Part shown: positions 47,071-56,858 of the stretch, one piece after another
Layout: every line of letters starts with the position of its first letter
Numbering within the stretch: the stretch's first letter is position 1
Position numbers and translations under genes: made by a program
From: a virus
Lineage: Duplodnaviria > Caudoviricetes
Virus record (IMG/VR): IMGVR_UViG_2841255697_000002
Location: 10,177-74,176 of that record
Strand: one strand, 5' to 3'
Length of the DNA: 64,000 nt
The notes under the pieces: model-generated
What the model was told of the DNA's origin: nothing
The model's input: only the letters and a program-made list of their open reading frames with translations
The model's database searches: none

Positions 47071-49276
47071 CGATCTTGGTGTGGAAATTTGGGAGAAAAA
47101 GTACCGGCACGAGGACGAAACCTTTGATGAATGGCTAGACCGTGTGTCAGGTGGAGACAGCGAAGTCAGAGAATTAATTGAATCCAAAAAATTCCTGTTT
47201 GGAGGACGCATTCTGGCAAATCGAGGACTGCAAAATGAAGGACTTAAAGTTTCTTATTCAAATTGTCATGTCAATAAAGCGCCAGAGGATAACATTGAGA
47301 GCATTTTTGATGTGGCAAAAGAGACAGCAAGAACCTTTTCCTATGGCGGTGGCGTTGGGTTGTCATTATCACTTTTAGCACCGAGAGGGGCAAAAATACA
47401 TAACGCCGCCAAAACAACAACCGGTGCGGTCAGCTTCATGGACTTGTACTCAATGGTCAGTGAATTGATCGGCCAGAGTGGCCGCCGGGGAGCATTGATG
47501 TTATCCCTTGATTCATGGCATCCAGATTTGGAAGAATTCATAGAGGTAAAATCAGACCTTGAAAAGATCACCAAAGCAAACATTTCCATTAAAACTCATG
47601 ATGATTTTATGAGAGCAGCAATCCGAAATGAAAATTACACATTAGCTTATTATCGAGCAGCATCCGGTGAACTCATTACCAAGGTAGTGAATGCGAGAGA
47701 AATGCTGAGGAAGATTGCAGAAATGAACTGGAAAATGGGAGAACCAGGAATGCTGTTTTGGGATACGATTCAGAAAAACTGCCTTACAAGTGAATACCAA
47801 AATATTGAATATAGTTCCACAAATCCCTGCGGTGAATTACCTTTACCAGATTACGGATCATGCTTGCTGGGAAGTATAAACCTTGCAGCATTTGTTGATA
47901 ATCAAGAGTTTAACATGTGCGAGTTAGCAAGAGTTGTAAATACAGCAGTAATCGCCTTAAATGATGTACTTGACGAAGGTATCCCATTACTCCCACTCGA
48001 AAATCAGCGACAGATGGCGAGAGACTGGCGTTCAATCGGCCTTGGTATCATGGGAACCGCAGACATGTTCATCAAAATGGGGATTAAATATGGCTCTGAC
48101 CAAGCAATCTCTTTGTTGAATGATATTGGAATAAATATGGCAGCGACCGCCATTAACACATCCCACGAACTTGCATTATTGCATAACAAGCCGTTTCCAA
48201 AGTTTGATCAAGATGCAACAACAGAATCGAATTTTTATATCGCACACAAAAAATACATCAAAGGTGAAGATGAACAAACCAGAGACTGGCTGTATAATTC
48301 ACAGTTACTCACATGTGCTCCTACAGGTTCCATAAGTACCATGATTGGCGTAAGCGGTGGGATTGAACCCATATTTGCAAACAGTTATATTCGAAAGACA
48401 GAATCGCTCAATGAGCAAGATGAATACCATAAAGTGTACACCAAAGTAGTTAAGGAATATATGACAGACAATTCCTGCAAAGAAGAGGATCTTCCCGATT
48501 ACTTTGTAACAGCAGAACAAATCAAACCCGTTGACCGAATTTATATACAGGCAGCCATGCAAGGCCACATAGATTCATCCATTAGCTCAACGATTAACTT
48601 ACCAGAACGCACAAGTGTCGAAACGATTATGGAAATCTATCAAGAAGCATGGGCCTGCGGACTTAAAGGTGTTACCGTTTATCGTGAAAACTGTGAACGT
48701 GCAGGGATATTAACAAAGAAAACAGGAGATAAAACGACAGAACGCGGCAAAGTCATTCAAGTTGGCAATAATGTAGTCGGCAAAAAGAGAAAATTGATGA
48801 CAGGATGCGGGAGTCTTCACTGTTTAGCTTTCTTCGATAAAAATACTGGAGACTTATTGGAGACATATTTGAATAAAGGGTCAACCGGTGGTTGTAACAA
48901 TTTTATGATTGGCCTGTCCAGAATGATGAGTTTAGCTGCCAGAGCAGGGGCAACGGTTGAGGATATTATCGACCAATTGGAAAGTACTGGGGTATGTCCA
49001 TCCTATGCAGTCAGAGCATCAAAATCAAGAGACACCTCTCCAGGTTCATGCTGCCCTATGGCTGTAGCAAAGGCCCTTAGAGAGATGTCCGATGAGATGA
49101 AGGAGGAAATATCAACAAATGGTGATGAAGAACCCATTGTTAGCGATCAGAATAATGTCTGTTTGGAAGTGTCTTCGGGTGACAAAAAAGATAAATGCCC
49201 AGAATGTGGAAGTGAATTAATACATTCTGGTGGTTGTATAGAATGTCGAAACTGCGGCTATTCAAAGTGTAATTAA
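47045..49276 (+). CDS. nrdJ: Class II (adenosylcobalamin-dependent) ribonucleotide reductase with TSCPD and Zn-ribbon C-terminus
   Basis: SNC, GGGVG, RRGA, TNPCGE, APTGSIS, KGVTVYR, SCCPMA, CPEC...CRNCGYSKC; no beta subunit adjacent; start reassigned to 47045. Confidence 0.88.
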   Translation: MNITEWAYDDLGVEIWEKKYRHEDETFDEWLDRVSGGDSEVRELIESKKFLFGGRILANRGLQNEGLKVSYSNCHVNKAPEDNIESIFDVAKETARTFSYGGGVGLSLSLLAPRGAKIHNAAKTTTGAVSFMDLYSMVSELIGQSGRRGALMLSLDSWHPDLEEFIEVKSDLEKITKANISIKTHDDFMRAAIRNENYTLAYYRAASGELITKVVNAREMLRKIAEMNWKMGEPGMLFWDTIQKNCLTSEYQNIEYSSTNPCGELPLPDYGSCLLGSINLAAFVDNQEFNMCELARVVNTAVIALNDVLDEGIPLLPLENQRQMARDWRSIGLGIMGTADMFIKMGIKYGSDQAISLLNDIGINMAATAINTSHELALLHNKPFPKFDQDATTESNFYIAHKKYIKGEDEQTRDWLYNSQLLTCAPTGSISTMIGVSGGIEPIFANSYIRKTESLNEQDEYHKVYTKVVKEYMTDNSCKEEDLPDYFVTAEQIKPVDRIYIQAAMQGHIDSSISSTINLPERTSVETIMEIYQEAWACGLKGVTVYRENCERAGILTKKTGDKTTERGKVIQVGNNVVGKKRKLMTGCGSLHCLAFFDKNTGDLLETYLNKGSTGGCNNFMIGLSRMMSLAARAGATVEDIIDQLESTGVCPSYAVRASKSRDTSPGSCCPMAVAKALREMSDEMKEEISTNGDEEPIVSDQNNVCLEVSSGDKKDKCPECGSELIHSGGCIECRNCGYSKCN

Positions 49277-49290
49277 GAAAGGATGATGAA

Positions 49291-50016
49291 ATGACAGAAA
49301 AAGAGTTACAAGAAAAATATGGTGACGAACTGGTTCTTTGTGTGGGAACCAGACATTTTGAAGATAAAAATACGCCAGAGGAACGTTTAGCGCATTATTC
49401 AAGGATTATTGAACTGTACGGGGAGTATATGCTCCGATATCTAGCAGAGAATGATGAGAATATGAAGCAAATTATACCATATGTTGTTCTAAAGTCTGGC
49501 GACAAATATATGTTTACCAAACGTCTGGCAGGAGATCCAAGACTCACAGGTAAGTACACAATCGGTATGGGTGGTCACATTAATTATGGAGATTTAGAAA
49601 CCGTTAAAAAGAACGACGGTTATCAATATATCAATCCAAGTGAAACAATTCATAAGTGCATCATGAGAGAACTTGCTGAAGAAACAACGGTTGAAGAAAG
49701 CGATAATATTCAAAAGTTAATGCTTTCATTAATCGACAGTTTTATCGACCTCTCTGAACCTGTGTCTCGTGTTCACGCTTGCATTCTTTATGTCTGTGAA
49801 GTTCCAGATACAGATGTCGGGATTCGTGAAGTGGAAAAATTAGAAGCCAAATGGTTGTCTTTGGAAGAAGTAACAGATGAAATTTATAACTCACTTGAAG
49901 GTTGGTCAAAAATTGCGTATAACATTTTGTTCGGAGAAAGAAAGCCAGCAAAAAAGAAAGCAGCCAGAAAAACAAGAGCGAAGAAGGAGGTTGAGAATGA
50001 AACCATTGATCAGTAA
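49291..50016 (+). CDS. NUDIX-family hydrolase
   Basis: KQIIPY, IGMGGHIN, RELAEE. Confidence 0.8.
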   Translation: MTEKELQEKYGDELVLCVGTRHFEDKNTPEERLAHYSRIIELYGEYMLRYLAENDENMKQIIPYVVLKSGDKYMFTKRLAGDPRLTGKYTIGMGGHINYGDLETVKKNDGYQYINPSETIHKCIMRELAEETTVEESDNIQKLMLSLIDSFIDLSEPVSRVHACILYVCEVPDTDVGIREVEKLEAKWLSLEEVTDEIYNSLEGWSKIAYNILFGERKPAKKKAARKTRAKKEVENETIDQ

Positions 50017-50587
50017 CGTTGAGGTTTTTGGATTAGAGCGAAGTGTCAAGACAGCGAAGTATCCCATGAGTGTTGATGTAGATATATTAAACTCCGAGAT
50101 AACAGATGGTATCAATAAACTTGCCCAGAGTGGTACTGGAGAGGGCCATGACCAATTTTTAACCGGTATTACAGTTTATTTTGACCTTACATGTACCAAT
50201 AAAATGTGGGTTGAGGCAGAACGTTACAATTATCTGGAATTCATTTCCAGCCAATCAACCATGCATCGAATCACGCGGATGAAATTAGATGATGACGCGT
50301 TTTCACCTTACGTGCTTACTCATGTCAAAGATACATTTAAGAGCATAGTCAATATTTATAATGAAAATGTTGAAAAAGGAGTTGATCAGGAAGAGCTGAA
50401 AGAGCGGTATCTAACCGTGTTGTACAACTGTCCTGCGGGTTTAAGGTTGACAGCTGGTATGGTTACAAACTACCGCCAATTAAAAACCATTTATAAGCAG
50501 CGCAAAAATCATCGGCTTCCTGAATGGAGAGAATTCTGCGACTGGATTAAAACATTACCGCATAGTGAGTGGATTACAGGAGAGTAA
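49997..50587 (+). CDS. ThyX-like protein (divergent flavin-dependent thymidylate synthase family)
   Basis: H..FL..I.V.FD, SQSTMH, TNYRQL, RKNHRLPEW; in nucleotide cluster; canonical RHRx7S not intact. Confidence 0.6.
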   Translation: MKPLISNVEVFGLERSVKTAKYPMSVDVDILNSEITDGINKLAQSGTGEGHDQFLTGITVYFDLTCTNKMWVEAERYNYLEFISSQSTMHRITRMKLDDDAFSPYVLTHVKDTFKSIVNIYNENVEKGVDQEELKERYLTVLYNCPAGLRLTAGMVTNYRQLKTIYKQRKNHRLPEWREFCDWIKTLPHSEWITGE

Positions 50588-50593
50588 AAATAT

Positions 50594-50842
50594 ATGAAAG
50601 CAAAAAATAAAGCGAAATTAATTGGTGCCCAAATACTGCTTGCGCTGTGTTATTTCATTTTTTCTACAGCTGTTGCACTTATGGTCATCGGCTTTATAGG
50701 CATGATGATTGATGGAATTTGTACAATTGCGCTTATACTTAACGTTAATATTTTATGGATTCTGATTGCCATTGGAGGATTGTCATTTGTAATCTCCATG
50801 GCATTGCTCTTTAAAGATAGAAAGGATATTTTTCCATCATGA
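50594..50842 (+). CDS. Small membrane protein
   Basis: Two hydrophobic helices. Confidence 0.55.
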   Translation: MKAKNKAKLIGAQILLALCYFIFSTAVALMVIGFIGMMIDGICTIALILNVNILWILIAIGGLSFVISMALLFKDRKDIFPS

Positions 50843-51066
50843 TGAACTATCAAACATTAGAAAAAGAGGGCCGATTATTGGTCCTCCCTGAACCAGGACA
50901 TTGTGAGGCTTGTATTTTGCAATGCGGCGATTGTGGAAGCTGTGCTATTTTTGGCAAATACAATGGTGTTACTGGTGACTGTATAAGAGAAAGAAAAAGG
51001 ATCTTTGAGCAGATGAATGTTGAGTTTTTGGATGATTGCAGAAGAAAGGAAGTTGGAAATGAATGA
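50839..51066 (+). CDS. Cys-rich hypothetical protein
   Basis: EGRLLVLP motif; coupled to neighbours. Confidence 0.55.
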   Translation: MMNYQTLEKEGRLLVLPEPGHCEACILQCGDCGSCAIFGKYNGVTGDCIRERKRIFEQMNVEFLDDCRRKEVGNE

Positions 51067-51463
51067 ATTATTGACAAGTATTGAGCCAATGTTATCGAAA
51101 TTAAGCGAAGTGTTTTGTGTCAGTGTAGATGCTATTAGAACAAATGCAATGGAGTATGTGCTTATGTATTCAAAATATATTTTTGGGAAAAGCATACTCA
51201 ACACTGTTGTTGTAGGATCACTTATTGGGATCGTATTCGGCATTATTGGTGGAGTTACTGGAGGAGTAATTGCACTATATTTGTGTGAAAATGCTAACAT
51301 TTCTGCTGATGAAGAAGAATCAAAAGTGACAAAAGTAGTGGTAATTTGCGGGGTGACATTGTTTATTTTAACAGTAGTTTTCTGTTGTCTTTCAGAAATC
51401 GTTCCATATCTTATGTCACCTGAAATTTACGGCTTAGAACAATTGATCAACTTGGTGAAATAG
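51059..51463 (+). CDS. Membrane protein
   Basis: Two TM helices, PEIYGL motif. Confidence 0.6.
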   Translation: MNELLTSIEPMLSKLSEVFCVSVDAIRTNAMEYVLMYSKYIFGKSILNTVVVGSLIGIVFGIIGGVTGGVIALYLCENANISADEEESKVTKVVVICGVTLFILTVVFCCLSEIVPYLMSPEIYGLEQLINLVK

Positions 51464-51464
51464 C

Positions 51465-51755
51465 ATGAAGCTTTATGTAGATGAAAAACCAGAGGATTGT
51501 TTTGACTGTCCTCTGGAATATACGGATTGGTACAATGATGATGGATGGACAGAATCAATAGACATTTGTCCTGTACCAGGAAATTACTACGGCTGTCCTT
51601 TAATTCCTTTAAAAAATAAACCATTATTGGATTCTCTTGAATATGACTATCGTATTGGAACAATTACAGCAGACAGAGCGCAGGAAATATTAGAAGAAAA
51701 AGGTGTAAATTACTGCTTTGAATGTATTGTGGATCGGATTAGGGAGGAAGGATAA
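51465..51755 (+). CDS. Hypothetical protein
   Basis: PEDCFDCP...GCPL. Confidence 0.6.
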   Translation: MKLYVDEKPEDCFDCPLEYTDWYNDDGWTESIDICPVPGNYYGCPLIPLKNKPLLDSLEYDYRIGTITADRAQEILEEKGVNYCFECIVDRIREEG

Positions 51756-51757
51756 TA

Positions 51758-52207
51758 ATGAATTATACAGAAATACTTTTTAAAGTAATTCCAAAACATG
51801 AGATGGAAAGCGTCTTGCAGTGTCCAACGTGTGAACTGAATAGAGAGTTTTTAGGGTTTGTAGAAGTGTACGGCTCAGTGTTAAATTATGTACCGAAACA
51901 TTTTACAATCGTAGATTTAGGATGTTACGTCGCAGCGCAGGCTTATTTGTTTAAAGATTATGAAAAATATATTGGCGTGGACACCATAGAATTAAAGCGG
52001 TTTAGTCCTGATAATGCTTGCCACTATGTTATGAGCATTCAGGAGTATATTGAAAAACATACGAACGATTTAGATTTAGATACAACTTTTGCAATATGCT
52101 CGTATATACCTGATGAAGAAGCTGTGCGGATGGCAAGGGAGAAATTCCCGAATATTTTGGTGTTTTATCCCGCTGGCAGGAAGCAATCAAAATTGAATTT
52201 AGAATAA
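51758..52207 (+). CDS. Minimal SAM-dependent methyltransferase-like protein
   Basis: IVDLGC and YIGVD motif I/II-like segments. Confidence 0.45.
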   Translation: MNYTEILFKVIPKHEMESVLQCPTCELNREFLGFVEVYGSVLNYVPKHFTIVDLGCYVAAQAYLFKDYEKYIGVDTIELKRFSPDNACHYVMSIQEYIEKHTNDLDLDTTFAICSYIPDEEAVRMAREKFPNILVFYPAGRKQSKLNLE

Positions 52208-52229
52208 ATATTTTATTGGAGGATTAACA

Positions 52230-52535
52230 ATGGAACAATACGAAATTGATTTTTTAGAAAAATATGACCGCGGAGAAAAGTTTAGTGAAGATGAGTTAAA
52301 AGAGTTTGTTTTTGAACTACTTGAATGGGCAGGAGAAAAAGAAGGTGAGGAACATCGATGGTATCGAGAAGTACAGACAATTGTTAAAGTTGGAGAAAGA
52401 CATTTCTCGATCTTGTGGAACAGAGGACTAACAGAACTTCAGGAGAACGAGTTTCCGTACCAACCTAAAGAAGTCATTAAAAAAACTTATGAAAAAACTA
52501 TTGAAGTTACTGAATGGGTGGAAGTGGAAGTATAA
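52230..52535 (+). CDS. Hypothetical protein
   Basis: HRW...RGLTELQENEF motif. Confidence 0.65.
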   Translation: MEQYEIDFLEKYDRGEKFSEDELKEFVFELLEWAGEKEGEEHRWYREVQTIVKVGERHFSILWNRGLTELQENEFPYQPKEVIKKTYEKTIEVTEWVEVEV

Positions 52536-52537
52536 CA

Positions 52538-52945
52538 ATGAGTAAAAACTACATGCCAGAAGTGGCAAAAATGTTGGGATTGGAGATTGGAGAGGAATTT
52601 AATGTTTTTGATGAGGATGGAAAAAAGTTTGCGTACGGCCCATATAAGATTACAGACAATGCAATTGTAGATTGCGAAGTGGAGGGGAGTCCAAGCTTGC
52701 TTTACAACTTATTAACCGGAGAATACACCCTCCAAAAACGCCCGTGGAGGCCGAAAGATCATGATGAGTATTGGATTGTGACCACTGACGGGAATGCGGA
52801 ATGGCGATACTTCCGAAAAGGCCATACAGAACACCTTGCAAATCTGAACATGGGGAACTGTTTTCCTACAGAAGAGGCGGCAGAGGCGGCAGTGCCCGAA
52901 ATGCTGGAGAAATTTGAGGAGATCAAGAAGGGGGTGCGAGAGTGA
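52538..52945 (+). CDS. Hypothetical protein
   Basis: NYMPEVAKMLG and GNCFPTEEAA motifs. Confidence 0.65.
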   Translation: MSKNYMPEVAKMLGLEIGEEFNVFDEDGKKFAYGPYKITDNAIVDCEVEGSPSLLYNLLTGEYTLQKRPWRPKDHDEYWIVTTDGNAEWRYFRKGHTEHLANLNMGNCFPTEEAAEAAVPEMLEKFEEIKKGVRE

Positions 52946-53292
52946 TGGATGCCGTTGAATACTTAAAACAAAAGAATAGAATGACAAATAACTGCACTAT
53001 AGCGTGCAACACTTGTCCTTTGGCTATTGAAAATAACAATAGAAATCTTGTATGTTCTAATTTTGTGAGACGCTATAACGAAGAAGTTGTCGAGATTGTC
53101 GAAAACTGGGCAAAAGAACATCCAGAAAAGACATACAAGAGCGTATTTTTGGAGAAGTTCCCTGATGCGGCAAAAGAGGATGGCGTTCCGGTGGCCTGTG
53201 TGGTAGCTGTTTTTGGTGAAAAGAAAAAGCCGGAGGGTTGTTACAACAGCATTACTTGTTCTGACTGCTGGAATAGGGAGGTAGAAGAATGA
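52942..53292 (+). CDS. Cys-rich hypothetical protein
   Basis: WAKEHP.KT....FLEKFPDA...C..CW. Confidence 0.65.
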   Translation: MMDAVEYLKQKNRMTNNCTIACNTCPLAIENNNRNLVCSNFVRRYNEEVVEIVENWAKEHPEKTYKSVFLEKFPDAAKEDGVPVACVVAVFGEKKKPEGCYNSITCSDCWNREVEE

Positions 53293-53666
53293 AAATGAGC
53301 CAGATACTATTTAGAGCAAAGCCAATTAACAGTGATAAATATGTAGTAGGTTACTACGTCTATCATATAAACCGAACACTTTCTCCTTTTGGAGATTCAC
53401 TCGAGGAAGAGGATGAAGAGCACTACATTGCTCAAGATGGGTTTTCTGATTGGGGAATGCCTCGAGGTATAGAAATGATCCCTATTGATCCTAATACATT
53501 ACAGTACGTAGGTACAAGAAATAATGCTCAAGAGTGTTTGGATAGGATATTTAATGAATTGCTTGATGATACAACCATTGTTGACCCCGTTAATGGTAAT
53601 CAGGGTAGAGAAATATTAACAGATAGAGTCATTAAAAGATATAAAAAAGGTAGAGCTTGGAGGTAA
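53289..53666 (+). CDS. YopX-like protein
   Basis: ILFRAK...VGYY...IDPNTLQY. Confidence 0.55.
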   Translation: MKMSQILFRAKPINSDKYVVGYYVYHINRTLSPFGDSLEEEDEEHYIAQDGFSDWGMPRGIEMIPIDPNTLQYVGTRNNAQECLDRIFNELLDDTTIVDPVNGNQGREILTDRVIKRYKKGRAWR

Positions 53667-53670
53667 AAGA

Positions 53671-53847
53671 ATGAAACGAACAATGGAAAATTGCAGCCTG
53701 ATAAGAAAATATGGAGAACCTGGTCGTGATGGAGATTTTTGTCTTGGGTTCGGAAGGAGTGAAGCAGATGATGAACCGTGCGAACCATGTAAGAAATGTG
53801 AATGGCTGGGATTAAATCAAGAAAGCGATGTGGAGGTTGAAGAATGA
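53671..53847 (+). CDS. Small Cys-rich protein (58 aa)
   Basis: Not in track; GGAGG RBS; ends EVEE. Confidence 0.55.
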   Translation: MKRTMENCSLIRKYGEPGRDGDFCLGFGRSEADDEPCEPCKKCEWLGLNQESDVEVEE

Positions 53848-54029
53848 AAGTTAAAGAATTAAAGGAGTACCTTGACATTTGTAGAGATGACATTGAAATC
53901 AAGGTAATAAGAGATGGCGATATCCCAGAGACTGAAGCACATACAGTAGAGAATGCTTATGTTATTTGTAAGGCAACAGGGGATTTAGTATATCTTAATG
54001 CTGTTTATCTGGTTTGGGATGAGGAGTAG
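53844..54029 (+). CDS. Small hypothetical protein
   Basis: MKVKELKEYL motif. Confidence 0.6.
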   Translation: MKVKELKEYLDICRDDIEIKVIRDGDIPETEAHTVENAYVICKATGDLVYLNAVYLVWDEE

Positions 54030-54033
54030 AGTA

Positions 54034-54234
54034 ATGAAAGAATACAAATGTATAAGAGAACTTGTATTTGATGATAGCGAAATCCCTCCCGTCAAATTGG
54101 GGACCGTTTGGGTGGAAACCTGTGAGAAGCGACCTGATAATTACGTACATCTTGAGCAGAACGGCGATCCGGGGGACTGGTTGGAAATGCCAGAAGAAGT
54201 AATGGAAGAATATTTTAGAGAGGTAGAAGAATGA
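54034..54234 (+). CDS. Small hypothetical protein
   Basis: MKEYKCIREL...YFREVEE. Confidence 0.6.
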   Translation: MKEYKCIRELVFDDSEIPPVKLGTVWVETCEKRPDNYVHLEQNGDPGDWLEMPEEVMEEYFREVEE

Positions 54235-54410
54235 GTAAAGAATATATTATTGAAGAAGAAGAATTGAGAGAGCTGCTTGAAAGCCGAGCTGAACTCTGGG
54301 CTTTAGAATGTGGTGGCGTGGATAACTGGTCGTGGTATGATGAAGCCCGATCCAACATAGAAGAGGTGCCAGAAAATTTAAGTACACTTTACATGGAGGT
54401 AGAAGAATGA
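54231..54410 (+). CDS. Small protein with GVDNW motif (59 aa)
   Basis: Not in track; LWALECGGVDNWSWY. Confidence 0.6.
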   Translation: MSKEYIIEEEELRELLESRAELWALECGGVDNWSWYDEARSNIEEVPENLSTLYMEVEE

Positions 54411-54811
54411 AGAGTGGTACCCATTGGAGTTTTAATTACATCAACGACGAATACTGGAATAACGATTCGTATGATAGCAAAGAAGAAGCTGAAGATGCGG
54501 GGCGCATTTGGGCGAAAGAAGAGGGTTTAATCGCCTTTGAGGTCGGGGAGTGTGAATACGTTCCAATACCTACAGTGGTCGATTTAGACGACTTGTTCGA
54601 GCGTCTTGATTATGATTATTTCTACTCAAACGAATTTGATGACTGCGACTTTTACCCATATCAAGATAGCGTAACATTAGAGAGTGAAGTGTACCGGAAA
54701 AAATTAAGCGCCAAAATAACAGAAGCGTTGGAAGAATATGTAGAAGCGGCAAAGATAACGAGTAGCCACTATAGAGTTGTGAATATGTACAGGGTGGAGG
54801 TAGAAGAATGA
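54407..54811 (+). CDS. Acidic hypothetical protein
   Basis: YDSKEEA motif. Confidence 0.6.
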   Translation: MKSGTHWSFNYINDEYWNNDSYDSKEEAEDAGRIWAKEEGLIAFEVGECEYVPIPTVVDLDDLFERLDYDYFYSNEFDDCDFYPYQDSVTLESEVYRKKLSAKITEALEEYVEAAKITSSHYRVVNMYRVEVEE

Positions 54812-54952
54812 TTAATCTTGATTTAGCAGGAATGTTAAAAACTTATGCTATGCAATGTGCCCTTACAGAGAATCCTAAAAAATTAAAGCGGCAAATAGAA
54901 AAACTAAGAGAAGATTTAAAAGATATTGAAAAGCAAATTGAGGTGCAAGAAA

Positions 54953-55444
54953 ATGAGTAATTGGTGTGAAGGAAGTTTAAAAGTACGTGGAAGCTATGAA
55001 AATTTAAAAAGATTTTGCAGAGAAGTCTTTTCAGTTTATGAACTCAAAATGATTGATGGCGACCTTAAGCACGTAAAGAACCCAGATTTATTTAAAATTG
55101 GAATAGATGATGAAGATTGCTTTTTTGCAGAAGCGTGTGATGCGGCATATATCGAAGGAACTCGACGAAATTCTATAGAACCCTGTTGTATTGAGTTTTA
55201 CAGAGATTGGGACTTTGAATCAATGACGATTGCCTTCCATTTTAAAGCTTCCTGGGAAATACAACCAGAACCTTATATCGAGCTATCAAAAAGATACGGA
55301 GTTGATATAAGACTTTATGGATTTGAGAGAGGGATGGAATTTAATCAGGAAGTAATAATTATAAACGGAAAATTGAGAAAGAACGATAAAATTACGTTTG
55401 AAGATTATACTTGGGAATGCGTTATGCCTAATTTAGGAGGTTGA
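54953..55444 (+). CDS. YubB/Api92-like ferredoxin-fold protein
   Basis: MSNWCEGSLKVRG...F.ASW...ELSKRY. Confidence 0.5.
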   Translation: MSNWCEGSLKVRGSYENLKRFCREVFSVYELKMIDGDLKHVKNPDLFKIGIDDEDCFFAEACDAAYIEGTRRNSIEPCCIEFYRDWDFESMTIAFHFKASWEIQPEPYIELSKRYGVDIRLYGFERGMEFNQEVIIINGKLRKNDKITFEDYTWECVMPNLGG

Positions 55445-55446
55445 AG

Positions 55447-55641
55447 ATGCTAAAAAGAAATGAAAAAGGAAACCTAAACTTCGATAGCCTTGGCTTTGAG
55501 CTGTTTGCTGGCGGCTTATTTGATAAGTGTAAGAATGTACAGGAGTTAGAATGGCTTGAAGAGCGAATGGTTGAAATTATAGAAAATACTGAGGAAACTT
55601 TTGAAGAAGAATTGGAGGTTGAAAATGCCCGTACAGATTGA
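55447..55641 (+). CDS. Small acidic protein
   Basis: AGGAGG RBS. Confidence 0.55.
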   Translation: MLKRNEKGNLNFDSLGFELFAGGLFDKCKNVQELEWLEERMVEIIENTEETFEEELEVENARTD

Positions 55642-55694
55642 TATGGAAATGCCCAGAAGCTGCCGGAGCCGTGGGAGGAAAAGGAAAATATAAA

Positions 55695-56078
55695 ATGATC
55701 GAAAACATAAAAAGAAAAAGATTATCGAAAGACGAGAGAATGAGGATTTTAAATATGTTCGATGGTCACTGTGCTTATTGTGGATGTAAAATCGAGTACA
55801 ATGAGATGCAAATCGACCATGTTATTCCTCTGCGAAGAGGAGGCGCCGACACAGTAGAAAACATGCTGCCTGCCTGCCGGAGTTGCAACCATTACAAATC
55901 TACATTGGATTTAGAAGATTTTAGAAAGATGATTGAAAAGATGCCAGATACACTAATACGTGATAGTGTTACCTATAAAAACGCTGTCCGCTTTGGCGTT
56001 GTAGTACCGAATAAACTGCCCGTGATTTTTTACTTTGAAAATCACCCGGAGCCGTGGGAAGGAGCAGAAGCGAAGTGA
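55695..56078 (+). CDS. HNH endonuclease
   Basis: HCAYCG...IDHVIP...GG...NMLPACRSCNHYK. Confidence 0.88.
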   Translation: MIENIKRKRLSKDERMRILNMFDGHCAYCGCKIEYNEMQIDHVIPLRRGGADTVENMLPACRSCNHYKSTLDLEDFRKMIEKMPDTLIRDSVTYKNAVRFGVVVPNKLPVIFYFENHPEPWEGAEAK

Positions 56079-56378
56079 TATGGAAAGATATAGAAAAGCG
56101 GCACGAATTGTACATGGATACTATCAATACATCAGACCGCATCGATGAACACCCGCCTTGTGTAAAAGTGTTGAGCCAGATGAAGAAGATCAATGGTATT
56201 ACACCAGCGAATTTTTAGGCGTTGAGGTTATGAGCATTACAGCGGATGACTTAGATGACGCAAAATACTGGTTTGCGTGTATGGTACGAAATCGGCTCAG
56301 CGATGGAATCGATTGGAGAGAAGATACTTGCAAAGAGATAGAGAATTATATGCGGAAAAACTGAGAAGGAGAATAAAA

Positions 56379-56657
56379 ATGAAAAGAAGAATTGTCGGTA
56401 CTTTAATAGGATTATGTGCAATGGTATTTTTAATTGGAGGTTGCCAAAGCACTCGGAGGGCTGTCAAAAATACCTCTTCGGAAATTGCTGGTTTAAATAG
56501 AAAGGTTATTGTTTATAGTATGAATGGTGAAGAATTAGCCAGTTATGAAGGACGCTTTGATATTGAAGAGAATGAGAATGGCAACAAAGTGCTTTTCGAG
56601 AAGGATGGCAAACGTATTGTGATTTACAATGGAACCGTTATAGCAGAAGAAAAATAA
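56379..56657 (+). CDS. Putative lipoprotein
   Basis: Signal peptide with lipobox LIGGC. Confidence 0.65.
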   Translation: MKRRIVGTLIGLCAMVFLIGGCQSTRRAVKNTSSEIAGLNRKVIVYSMNGEELASYEGRFDIEENENGNKVLFEKDGKRIVIYNGTVIAEEK

Positions 56658-56666
56658 GGAGCAATT

Positions 56667-56858
56667 ATGAAAACCAGAGTAAGACGCTACAACAATAAAA
56701 AGAAAAGACAGTACGAACAAGGCAAATATCGTGAAATTCTAGATGCAGCAAACCGAAACGAAATTAACGACTATGATGATGATTGGGCTTTTGATCCAGA
56801 GGATTTCAGTAATGTAGATCATTCATATGATCGAATCGATTGGGGGGATCTTTTATAG
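56667..56858 (+). CDS. Small basic/acidic protein
   Basis: AAGGAG RBS. Confidence 0.55.
   Translation: MKTRVRRYNNKKKRQYEQGKYREILDAANRNEINDYDDDWAFDPEDFSNVDHSYDRIDWGDLL

Larger units (their letters stand above)
53277..54811 (+). repeat. Five copies of a 16-bp gene-junction repeat GGAGGTAGAAGAATGA joining small genes
   Basis: 53277, 53832 (1 mismatch), 54219 (1 mismatch), 54395, 54796. Confidence 0.8.

Noticed and set aside
53277-54811. CRISPR array or integron attC sites
   Set aside because: Repeats are 16 bp, irregularly spaced, non-palindromic and separated by whole genes; no cas or integron integrase motifs
56073-56364. Possible frameshifted gene after the HNH
   Set aside because: Start and frame are ambiguous and no motif allows a decision
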